This document shows, piece after piece, positions 11,541 through 24,400 of a DNA stretch of 64,000 bases. Below the pieces are notes generated by a model that did not search any database, was not told the DNA's origin, and was given only the letters and a program-made list of their open reading frames with translations. The position numbers and the translations under genes were made by a program. Source of the stretch: Narcine bancroftii (lineage: Eukaryota); NCBI RefSeq assembly GCF_036971445.1, contig NC_091476.1, positions 12,586,001 to 12,650,000 of the forward strand, read 5' to 3'. Numbering within the stretch: the stretch's first letter is position 1; the number at the start of each line of letters is the position of its first letter.

Positions 11541-12408
11541 ATGGACATTGTAACGGATTGCAAACAAAATCTCTCAAATGAGATTTATCGACTTGAAACA
11601 TTTGGTGGCTTTCCATCTGATGTTCCAGTGTGCGAAAGAACTTTGGCCAGAGCAGGCTTCTTTTATACTGGTAGCAAAGACAAAGTTGAATGTTTTAGCT
11701 GTGGTGGGACCATAGAAAACTGGAAACATGGTGATTCTGCTGTGAGAAAACACAGGCAACTTTTTCCAGCTTGTCCTTTTATTAATGCCAAATGGGTAAA
11801 TGACCAAATGTCAAACTCCAGGTTTCCAATTCTGCCACATGATGTGTCTACAGCAAATGAAAGCCAATGTTCTGCCAATGGACCATTAATACATCAAAAT
11901 GGTGACACCCAACTTCCAAATGATCCTGTAAGAAGTGGAAGGATTGAAGACATGTCTCATCTACAACCCAAAAATCCAGCCATGTGCAGTGAAGCTGCCA
12001 GATTCAAAACATTCACAAACTGGCCAAGCTATGGCATTGTAACCGCAAGGGAATTGGCAAAAGCAGGGCTATACTACCTTAACAAAGATGATCAAGTTCA
12101 ATGCTTTTGTTGCGGTGGGATAATGAAAAATTGGGAACCAGGAGATCGAGCAATGTCTGAGCATAAGAGGCATTTTTCCAAGTGCGCTTTTGTTTCTGGT
12201 CTTTCAGTTGGAAATATACCAATTGATGCTGATTTTGGCACAGCAGATGTTAACCGCCAGTTAAATGATGAACCAAAAGCTAGTGTTTTTCATCTTCCCA
12301 AACACCCAGAAAAACAGTCTTTTGATTTTCGAATTCAAACCTTCACAAACCAAATGCATTTTCCATTCAATGCTGAAGACCTTGCAGAAGCTGGATTTTA
12401 CAGCACAG
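11541..12408 (+). CDS. XIAP: XIAP coding exon 1 (BIR1, linker, BIR2, start of BIR3)
   Basis: [24 protein letters not shown]; [39 protein letters not shown]; LAEAGFYST. Donor CAG|GTACTG at 12408; probable acceptor tttgatag| at 11399. Confidence 0.95.
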
Positions 12409-15400
12409 GTACTGTTTTTCTCAATGCATAATTCTTGATGTTCATTATATAATTCTTGCATTTATCTAATTAATAACTAGAGCACACATTTGGCTCTAAT
12501 AGCAAATTATAGCAGTTAAAAAAGTAATGTTCATTGCAATATTAACAAAATGGACACTGAGAATAATTTGATGTCAAGATTTTCAAAAGAGAAATATTCC
12601 ATGCTAAATATTCAGGACAAGTGATGCAGAATTGAGGATAAAAAGTTCATAGATTTACTGTGAACAAGCCAGTAAGCCAGTATTGTTGTGGGGGTGGGGG
12701 TGAGTGGGGGGGGGGAGGGAGGAGAGAAAGTAAGAGGCTTTGCATCTCTCTGAAAAGAAAATTGATGTGCTTGTTGGAGAAGTCTATGAGCTTAGAAGTT
12801 TTTGCTTTTTATTTTCGAGCCATTGCTTCAGATTGAATAGATTGAAAGGAAAAGTTCCCAAGAAATACTGAAATATTTCACCAAAATGGGACACTCTATG
12901 CAGGTGTTGTGAGGGGGAAGATTGAATATCTCAGACCAAGAAATCTTAATTTTTTTAAGGCCTTTGGAGGAAAAGTGAGTTCTGGGGCAGATGAAACAGA
13001 AGTTAGAGAAGCTTAACAAGTCGGGCAACATCGAAGGGTAGAAATGCTCAGTGAACATTTTTTGGAGTGGGGCCCTGAATTGAGATGCTTTTTTGGTTTG
13101 AGCATCTTTTATAATCTGGATTCTCAAAGGAAGATATCCCCGAAAAACCTCATGGAATTTTTCTGAAGAGACAGGGTGATAACATCTTGTTGGAATTCGA
13201 TTTACAATGCTTAAAGCTCCCAGTGAAGAGAGTGCCAGTAAAAGTTAAACCTCATAAAATTGATAACAGATCAGTTGGTAACTTTTACACCAGGAAATAA
13301 AATTGGAATTGACAGGCATTTGTGTTTGAAAATTATTCTAACTAAGATCTGCAGATAAGAAGACACAATCCCCCTCACGATACTGATTTTTATTTTAGCG
13401 GAGAAGAGTCTTAGTTTCTGATTTGCTGATGGAGTATTGTAAATGATGTGGGAGATAAAGTGAACAAAAATAGTGTCAAATCATTTCAATCCTTGAAATT
13501 ATTTTAATGTATAATAAATAAATGCCAGAAATGTTTAAGTATTGATGAAGTCCTTGTAACAAAGAGCCTGATTCAAATGCTACTGCAATGCAGAGGTAGG
13601 CCACCAAAAGCAGCGAACAGCACTCAGATCACTGGTTCTGGGGGCGGGGGGGGGGGGGTAGCAACCCGCTAACCGGGACACAAGATATATCCGACAACCA
13701 TGTGGACCCCGTGGGGGGCAACTACCTTTGTTCCAGGTAACAACCCGCATGGTGGGAAACAAAAAGCAATGGTGCTGCTGTGTCGTTACCCCACCCCCCC
13801 ATCATCAGCAGGTGAGGAGAGAATAGAAGCAGAGCTGCCAGTTCAATAAATCAGTCTACAACTTTGATTTTTTGGGGCTGTGTCATTCTTTCCACACTTC
13901 GCAGTTGGGCGCATGCAACAGTGTTAATTTGTGACGGGCAGTCATCCCAGCTTCCATCTTAACAAGAAGGTGTTAAGACTGCAGTCAGATTGTCAGCCAT
14001 TATTGCAACCCCACTCCTTGCACCCCCAACTAATGGTGTCAAAGAAGCATTCTTTATTATTGGTTGGAATTGTACCAAATGGAGGCATGAAATTGTTGAA
14101 GCTTGTGAAAGAACAAAAATGCAAACATCATTCTTGAATAATTGAACCTGTTGCAAAATGACTGAGTGACCATTGACCACATAAAATGTCCATAGTTGAC
14201 ACGTGAGTTAATTAATAAAGTTGTATGTGAGCTAATCAGTGCTTCTTTTTCATCAGGCCAAAAAGAATATCTATTTTGGTTGACAATGGCAAAAACAACC
14301 AAAAGTACTTGTATTTTTACTGTTAATTGAAACTAAACATAGATCCTAGGATGAGGAAAATGGGCAAAATATCTTGGATAAATTACTTTATAATGTCAAT
14401 TTTATTATCCTTTTTCATGTGCAAGCAAAGTTTTCTCTGCACATGAAAATAAATTAAATCTTGAGCTTTTGACATGGTTGTTTTTCTTTTTTAACTGCTT
14501 ACTTTTTAAAATAAAAACATTTTTTAGATGGTTGCCAAAGAGCAGCTGTGTAATCCCACTTGTTCCAGATATGGGGGCATTCATATTCATTTTTAAAGAG
14601 CGACAGAGCTGTCATGCAGAACACGATGCAGTGGCAGAAGAGGGAGGAGAAAAAGGCCACCTGCCTTCATGCTGTTTTTGCCCATGTGGTTTGAGACCAA
14701 TTTTCTATCCAAAAATATTGGTCAGAAGAGTAATTATCAGTGTCTTAGTCCTTGTTCATCCTTAATTAATGTGATCAAGATGGCACCTTACAGCAGCAAG
14801 TCTTTGCGAGCAGCTCTGATGGGAATAATCAAATATTCTCATTCAGAACATCTAAAAATCAAACACAACCAGAAAACCAAACTCATCCATTAATATAGAT
14901 GTCCTAAGATTGCTGGTAGTCCTCAGAATCGGTAGTCTCCATCGGGCTGCAGGACTTTTAAACAGCCAGTACTCTGGAAAATATAACAACATGGCAGGAG
15001 TTTTAAACAGCCAGTGATTGGGTCATTTAAACTTGGCGGGAGTTGAAAACAACAGACACTCAGCACATTTAAACTCATCCATAGACTTGAATGAATTTGC
15101 AACAGGTGTCACCGACTTCATCAAGACCGGCGTGGACAAGTGTGTGCCCACATGCACATACTGGGTGTTCCCCCACCAGAAGCCCTGGATGAATCAGAGA
15201 ATTTTAAGGCCAGGGATCAGGATCTTTCCAAAAAGTCCACGAATGACCTGCAGAAGCAAAGTAACAATTCTGGAAGAAGCTAGAGACAGACACACACCTG
15301 CTATGGCAGGGAGAGCAGGCCAATACAGCCTACAAAACAAAGGTGAACACTATAGAGAGTTGTGCTGCTTTATGACCTGATGAGCTGAACACCTTCTATG

Positions 15401-18400
15401 GCTGCATTGAGAAGGAGAACCAAAGAGTACCTACTAGAATCCCTTAAAAGGCTGAGGACCCTGTGATATGTCTCTGAGGGCAACATCAGAACATCATTCA
15501 AGAGGGTGAGCCCTTGCAAGGATCTGGACCTGCTGCAATTTGCCTGTCATCACAGTTGTTCCACAACAAATGAAATATCTCTGTGTCTCCTCTCAGTTCT
15601 GGATCACCTCAAACAGCATTTCATACTAAGGCTGGCTGCTCTATATCAATTACGGCTCAGCCTTCAATTCCATTATTCCCTCAGTGCTAGTCAAGAAGCT
15701 ACAAACTCTGGTCCTCTGTACCTGACTCTGCAACTGGATCCTTGACTTTCTCATTGGAAGACCACAGTCAGTACAAATTGGAAACCATATCTCCTCACCG
15801 ATCATCCAAGCATGTGTGCTTAGTCCACTGCTCTACTCATTATACACCCATGATTGTGTGGCCAGGCACAATTCCAATCCTATTTACAAATTTGCTGATG
15901 ACACCACAGTTGTTGACAAAATCACAGACAGCAATGTGGAAGCATACAGGAGGGAGATGGGTCAACTCATTGAATGGTGTAACCAAAACAACCTTGTGCT
16001 CAACATCAGCAAAACCAAGGAGATGATTGTGGTCTTCAGAAGGATATTGGAGAACATGACCCAGTCCTCATTGAGGGCTCAGTCATGGAGAGGATCAAGA
16101 ACTTCAAATTCCTGTGTGTCAACATATCTGAGGATCTGTCCTGGAGTCTCTTTGTTGATACAATCACAAAGAAGGCTCACCAGCAGCTATACTTTGTGAG
16201 GTGTCTGAGGAAATTCATTACGTCACCGAAGACACTCAAACTTCTACGGTTGTACGGTGGAGAGCATTCTGGCTGGTTGCGTCACTGCCTGGTATAGAGG
16301 TGCCAACTCTCAGGACAAGAATAAACTTCAGAGGATTGTTAACTCAGCCTGTGACATCACAGGCACCAGACTTCACTCCATAGAGGGCATCTACATGAAG
16401 CAGTGCCCTCAAAAAAGCAGCCTCTATCCTCAAAGACCCCACCTCCCGGGCCATGCCCTCTTCACTCTGCTACCAATGGGATAAAGGTACAGGAACCTAA
16501 AGATGAGCACTCAGTGGCACAAGGACAGTTTCTTCCCCACTGCCATCAGATTCCTGAATGATCAATGAACCAAAGACACTGCCTTACTTTTTGTACACAT
16601 TTTTATTTTTGCTAGTAATGTTGTAAAATAGAGCAAACATTCATATTATAATTATGACACTGCCACAAAACATGGAATTTCATGACTTGTTCATGACAAC
16701 AAGTTCTGATTCTGATCTCTTACCTGATTGAGATTGAACTCGGTGAATTAGTGCATGAATTTTATCTATAGTATTGAATTATGGCAATACACGAATTAAC
16801 ATCTTGATCTGCAGTCATCTCTGGGCTTGATGTGAAGATGGTAGAAACTGCAGGGTTTGCTTGGGTCCAGAGCAAGTGTTTATTTTGTTGTGATATGACT
16901 TCTGCATCGGGATTCTTTCAGGTTGCAGTAATATACATGTGGAATATATTGCAATGATCACGTTTATTTCCTCTGAAGTCAGCAATTTTATTTTTTTAAA
17001 ACATTGAAACCCAAGGTTCAGAAGGCCAGGGGGACAATCAGAACCTTCTACTTTGTTCAATTCTGTCATTTGGAAAGGAAATTAGAATCAATCTTTTGAT
17101 TAATGTCAAATGCATAAATTTCAAATTTCATGATGGAAAACCATTTTAGAGATTTGGGTGGGAGAATTCTGAACAGCCAAATGTGATTGTGGACCCTGAA
17201 CAGGGCGCTGGTGATACTCTTAAATGCAAAATAAATGTTTGTTTTCAATGATTTCTGTCCTGAATAAATTCTATTGACCGTCACAAGGAATATTTGTCAT
17301 GATTTTAGACCAAATGGTCTACGTTATCTTTGTGGTTCAACACAATTTTTTTTATCCCAACTCTAAGATCTTTGCAAAATGTCTGAGAGATAAAACATCA
17401 ACATTTTCCCCCATGAGTAATACCCTATACCTGGTTTTGTTCACAAATGTTAATGGATTGCAAAAAGTTTGATTTTCCCCCCCCCCCCCCGCCCTAAGAT
17501 ATAAAATTGCTCACTTAAGCACCATGTATCTTGTGGAATTTGGTGATCCTGTTGTGGCTTCAAGCATCCTGAATTGCTCTCGTCAGTTCCAAACATTCCA
17601 TAATGATGCCTCGCCTACAAGTGGAAATATCGGATGTTGTCTGTATCAAAAGTTAATGGAGTACTTGGAGCATTAGTGCAGTTGAGCGAATGTTTTCTTC
17701 AGTTAGAATCTTAAGTGGCATACTTCTCAACTCTAACAATTGTTCTTGCTATTGTCCACTTTGGAATGTATTTTTTCTTGTTTCTAGCCACTTGTTGGAA
17801 TCATTCCTTGAGGGGAAAAAAAACCATGTCCATTGTAAGTGACATTAATTGGGGCAGGGAGGGGGGGATAAACAACGGGAATTTTGGTTTTTCAAGTTCT
17901 GAATGTAATACATAACTGATGCTTCAGTCGATTTTGCTGGCAATTGATAAATTTTGATTTTGAATTTCAGGTGATGGAGACAACGTGAAGTGTTTTCACT
18001 GTGATGGAGGACTAAGAAATTGGGAACCTGGTGATAATGCCTGGGAGCAGCATGCAAAATGGTTTCCAGGGTAAAGTGCTGAACACTTAACTGTTACTTC
18101 TATATGAACTACAAAGTCAACTTTGCTTGTTAACAATGCGTTTGTGTGTTTTTTATTCATCTTACTGTAATCAAAAGTCCTGCTATTCCTTCCTGGAGTG
18201 CAATTCTATGTTTTCATCAGTCTCAACTCCTTAAGTGTATTTTTGAATGTAGTCACCTTGACTGTCTAAAAATCGAGCAAGGGAAGTGAACACATGGGCT
18301 CTCAAAATATGCAAAGATTTCATGCAATAGTTTTGAATGGTGGTTGTGATGTTCCAGATGTCTTCACTTACACTATCTTATAACCATATATAACCACTTA

Positions 18401-21400
18401 CAGCACAGAACAGGCCAGTTCGGCCCTACTAGTCCATGCCGTAACAAATCCCCACCCTCCTAGTCCCACTGACCAACACCCGGTCCATACCCCTCCAGTC
18501 CTCTCCATGTAACTATCCAGTCTTTCCTTAAATGTAACCAATGATCCCGCCTCAACCACGTCTGCTGGAAGCTCATTCCACATCCCTACCACCCTTTGCG
18601 AAAATAAATTTCCCCTCGTGTCCCCTTATAATTTCCCCCCTTCAATCTTGAACCATGCCCTCTAGTTTGAATCTCCCCCACTCTTAATCGAAAAAGCCTA
18701 TCCACATTGACTCTGTCTGTCCCTTTTAAAATCTTAAATACCTCTATCAAGTCCCCCCTCAATCTTCTACGCTCCAGAGAAAAAACCCCCAGTCTGCACA
18801 ACCTTTCCCTGTAACTCAAACCTTGAAATCCTGTCAACATTCTCGTAAACCTTCTCTGCACTCTCTCTATTTTGTTTATATCTTTCCTATAATTTGGTGA
18901 CCAAAACTGTACACAGTACTCCAAATTTGGCCTCACCAATGCCTTGTACAATTTCATCATAACCTCCCTACTCTTGAATTCATTACTCTGATTTATGAAG
19001 GCCAACATTCCAAATGCCTTCTTCACCACACCATCTACCTGAGTATCAGCCTTGTTCCCTTTGTTGCTCTGCACATCTCAATAGCCTACCATTTAATGCA
19101 TATGAGCATATGACCTATTTAGATTTGCCTTTCCAAAATGTAACACCTAGGGTAAAATCAACAAAACCACACTAACAAGTGAATCTTCTTTCTGTTCCTC
19201 ATGTTTATTGCAGTTGAAAATGAATGCATTTGAACCTCAACACCATGAATTAAATGCACACAAAGGCACTCAACACCTCACGTGACTTACCCACTCATTC
19301 TGTCAGTCACCATCAATGAATGCATGTGCATCTTCCACATTGGCCTAACAAGCATATTCAAACACACCATCAGAACAAAATTGTAATCCTCCAGACTAAT
19401 GGACTAGCCAGCTAATGCGACGTGGCATAAGATGTTGATGTGGAAGTAAAATAAAATTCAGAAATTGGAATGATGCCAAAAAATTTTTTGATGAAATTTT
19501 CTTAATTCCCTCAAATCCATCTACCAATTTCTGAGTACACGTCATCCCCGACTTACGACCGTAATCTGGACCGAAGGATCAATAGTATCTCATAATGAAC
19601 GCAAGTCAGAATTTTGCCCACACATGTGGAGTATCAAAGTCTGAAAGCAAACTTTTTAATCAAATCTCTTTTTCTTGTATTTGACAAACTATAACAGGGA
19701 TAAGAGTCAAAATGTGCATATTTACCTTGTTAGTCGGTGTTCCGGGGTCCATAGGCAGGCCGCAGTCATCTTGATTCCTGTGGGCTGGTGTGAGTCTTCA
19801 GTTGGTGCATGCACAGTGGGTTTGCTTATTAGAATTCGGTTGGTGCATGCATGAGAGTTAAGGGCACGAATGCAATATCATCAAATACAGCATAAACTGC
19901 ATAAATTTTATATTCATTTTTTTAAACATTGATCGTGTGTACAGATGGACGCAAGTTGAGTAGGTCATAAGTTGGGGACTATTTGTACTATTCTTGTTGA
20001 CTCTAAGCGTCAATTTCAAAAAAATCTCCAACTCTCTTATTCTTTGTTCCAGATAAATAACTCCAATTTAGCCAATATCCTTCATTCCATTTTCAAATAC
20101 TTACTGAACAATATGCTATGATGTATTTTCTGGAAGGTGGTGACTGGAGTTTAATACCGTCCTTGAATTGTGTTTAAATTGATGTTTTGCTGTCCTGTGT
20201 TTGACTTGCAAAAATACTTTCTTTGCTTAAACCACATTCTCTCCATATATTGTGGGATTCCAACAATACTTCAAGAAGGATCGTCATGGTACAAATGTAT
20301 TAATCTGTGGAACTCCCCATCATCACGAGATTGAATATTGCACATGACTGAAACACAGTGACCAGCTTCTTAAATGTTATTGCTCCAACAGCAAATTAGA
20401 AAAGGAGAGTTCATGATTAGTCACTCTATATTTGGCTGGAAGCCTTTCAACCGCAGAAGAAAAAAAATGCAGTTCAGTGGTTCAACATCACTGAACAATG
20501 TGTTTCACAGCAGACATGTCCCTTCCACTTCACCACTGATAGAAATTGTTGAAATCTCAGCAATTTTGAAGAAGCTTATAGAATTTGGTTGAAGGTCCAA
20601 CAGCATCTCAAATCTGTTTCTCTTCCTGTAAGTTAAATGTGGGCAAATTAATGTGGCCTCCAAATTTCTTTCATGTTGCAAATCAATCTTAGGAATTTCA
20701 ATGTCCTTGTTGCTGACAAAAATGTACTTAACACCACTTAAATAGCAGTCAAAAAGACTCCTTGGTTGATGGCATTGGTCAAACTGTATGAATAAAATTT
20801 TGCAGGCTTGAAAGGTCAAGTAAGGAGACTTTTCAAAAAAGGCTGACCACGGAGGCATAACTCAAATTGCACTCTTATTATCAGGCGTAAAGCAAAAACT
20901 TTATGCCTCATAATTTCCAGAAATAGATTTTTTTTTACTCTCTTGGGACAATATTGGCAGCTGAAAATGGTTTACAATATTTTGGTAATGTCACTTTCTC
21001 AGATTTGTTGGTCTGCAGCCAAAACACATCAGCCCAGGTGGGTTGAAACTGGACAATTTTAATGGGTGCTTTTTAAATTAAAATATTCGATGGGGTTTTT
21101 TTGGAAAGAAGAGTTTTTCCAACTTAGGTTATGAAAATGTTTCTCTCTTCCAAACAGGTGTGCTTTCCTGATTCAGCAGAAAGGCCATGACTTTGTTTAT
21201 GATATTCAGTTGAAGAAATTGCATTTGAATTCCACAGTAAGCTCCGTTTTGAAGTTTTTGTTAGATTTGTGTGATGGGAAGGGAAAAGTCATCAATAAGC
21301 TTGAGTGTCTTGATTGAAATGCTTGTGTTTTATTTCTTTAATATTGAATTAAACACAGAAACTTGGCCTTAGAAAAAAGTTTATCATGTACTTAGATGAG

Positions 21401-24400
21401 GAATGCAAGTTTTTGCTGGTTTTCGTTGCTCATCAAACTGTAAATGAAATGGTTTCCTTCACCAGAGAATTTGGCAATTTATCATTTTGGAGAGTATCTC
21501 TTTTACTTGACATCTAAGACTTCAGGCTGATCCATAGCATTTCAGTCAGTGAAGTATTTACAAATACCATCTATTTGTGGTTATTATGATCTTGGAAATG
21601 AATACATTAATGGCAAGAAAAACTGCAGTTTTTCATTTGAGCTTCAAATCGCACAGTGATGCTTAAATCAGAAAGATTATTTGATATCTTCAAGGCCAAA
21701 CCATTTGAAGGTCTCTTTGTTTGCCACAAAGCACCTCTTCAAAGGAACAAAACTAGAACATTCAATGTTCAAATACTATGTGTTTTTATTTGTAATATCT
21801 GCACCATTTCTGGATGGATATAACACTACATAAAGTGTGGTGACCGCCACCACATCAGCCAATATTCTGGAAAAATGAAAGCCCTGTAGGAAACGGGAAG
21901 AACTGCTGATACCATTATATTCTGATTCTTAGTCTTTGAAACAGGATTGCCTGCTGTCTTCCATTTGTTAAAATTTTAGATGTTCAGCAAGGTAACAGGC
22001 CATTTCAGCCCACAAGCCTGTGCCACCCCAAAACTCCAACCACTATAAATTTTTGAAAGGTGGGAGGAAACCAGAGCGCCCGGAGGAAGCCCACGCAGAC
22101 CTGGGGAGAATGTACAAACTCGACATTCAGTGCCAGATTTGAACCCAGAGTTGCTGATGCTGTAATCGCATGGTAATGGCTGTGCTAACTGTGTTGCGTG
22201 CAATGCTAAATCAATAATCAATACCGATGCCATGACCCATTCATTCCTTGATTGGATTCAAATCAGATCACTTTAATGTACGCTGTTTAAGTTGAAGAAA
22301 AACATTGACTTTGAGCAGATTTTAAAATTCCAAAGATCCACTTGAAGGGAGGTCGCAGTGGATGACCAGACACTTGCATGGTATGCCTTGTTTTATTTTT
22401 GATGTACAACAGTTTCATAAATATTATGTTGACGTAGACAATCTGCTTCTTGGTTGATCAGTCTTCAAGGATGTCTGCTACATTATGATCTAATTGCTCT
22501 TGCATCTTGTTGATTGTTTATGATGTATGTAATCTGAGTGAGCTCTGCATTTATCTCAATCAAATCATTTGTTTTCTATTGTGTTGCCCATTCTTCAGTC
22601 ACATGTGAACCCTCTATACGCCAATCTGTCCAAAGGTTCATTTCAAATCTAATTAACGTGTTCCTTGCTTATGTGATTAATGAAGATAGTACTTGTCCTG
22701 TGAAGGGCATTATGCTGGCAATATTGATGTTCTTGATAATTGAGTGTGGGAATTCCAAATTTTATTACACACCATAATTGAAATGCAATTGTTATTATTT
22801 CAGAATCAAGCACTTCCCCAAGATGGTCTTCCTGCTGCTCGCTCCCATTCTGGTTGGTTTTTTGTTTTGTGCAGCATGTTTTTAAAATCATTCTCGATAT
22901 TAGAATTGTTCTCTCAATTATGAATGAAAGTAAGATTCATTTTCTGTCCCTCATATTATATTAGTTATCCCTATTAATTTTTTTTTTGCTACAAGAGCTC
23001 ATCGGTTTCTATCCTATTTACATTGCCTTTTTCAGAAAGCTCTTTAATGCAGAGTCCTGTAGTTTTGGGTGCTCTCGAGATGGGATTTGACAAGATGACG
23101 ATAATGCAACAGGTGAAAAAGAAAATTGATTCAACTCGTGATACATACACATCTGTGGAAGCCTTGGTTGGAGATCTTCTGGCAATGGAGGGAAACACAG
23201 AGCATCAGAAATGTGAGGAACAGAAAGAAGGTAATGCACCATTGCACTTGGTTGGTACACCAGACCTCCAGCACATGGAATAAATCTGCAAAAATTGTTA
23301 TAAAACAAAATTATTGTAAAGGAGAAATGGCCATTTGTCCAAGCAACATTTATGCTCCACAACTGACTTGCATTTCACCTGAACAAATTTCTTTTTCCCC
23401 CACTGTTACTATTTAAGAGTATAAGGAAGGGAAATTTTGATGTTTTGAAGAATGCTATTCACATTCAAACATCTCCAAAGTCAGCTGGAAACTGTTGGAA
23501 TGTTTCAGTAGATTCTTTTCAATCCATATTCACTTTCAAACATTTCCAAAATCAGCTGGAAACTGTTGGGATGTTTCAGTAGATTCTGTTCAATCCATAT
23601 TCACTTTCAAACATCTCCAAAATCAGCTGGAAACTGTTGGGATGTTTCAATAGATCCTGTTCAATCCATATTTTGAAAAGCCTTAGTACAAGCACTGGTA
23701 AATCTAAAGTCCTCATGCTAGACGTCCACATATTAAACACTGTGAGATGTTTCGTCAAGGAAGGGACTTCAGTGGCACTGCACCAACAGTGAGGTCATAA
23801 CTGAAACAATTTTAAAATGGCAATTGGATCACCTTCTGTGATTTTATTATTCAAATATTGAATGTTTATGGGCCCTTTGTGCCAGGTGTCAGCTCTTTTA
23901 CAGTGTTGTCTTGGAGCAGCATGGACAGTTGGTTTGTATGAATAACTGGAATGTTACTTTGGAACATGTTTGTGATTTACCTACTGCCCCATTGCACTTG
24001 ACAGCCAGCAGAGAAAAGAACTGTGTGTGAGCAGGTTGGAAGTTTAGTTAATTTTTGAAATAAACAAAATGCCCTTGCAGTTGATTGTGCAGGGGAAGGG
24101 CACAAGTAATTTTGAGTTGATTTCCAATCAAGTCCAACAGTTCCACACTTGAAATTACAATTTCTTTTTGTAGATAGCATGGTCTGAGATTATTAATGAT
24201 AAATACCAATATGCTTCAAGTGAATATCTTTATTTGTTACAATCATTCCTATCATGTTTTTTTAATGAAAAGATAATTGAACAAATATTCTTGTAATTCT
24301 GAGACAAAATCCCTTCATTGTTGAATGGTATATTTTTAAAATCATTGTACAAAGAGTGAACAAACATTTGGTGTATTGGCTTGATGGCACCTCCATTGTG

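Noticed and set aside
12409-12431. ORF-track end of XIAP (GTVFLNA*), implying a two-BIR protein
   Set aside because: Read-through into the intron; the frame continues at 17971 after splicing.
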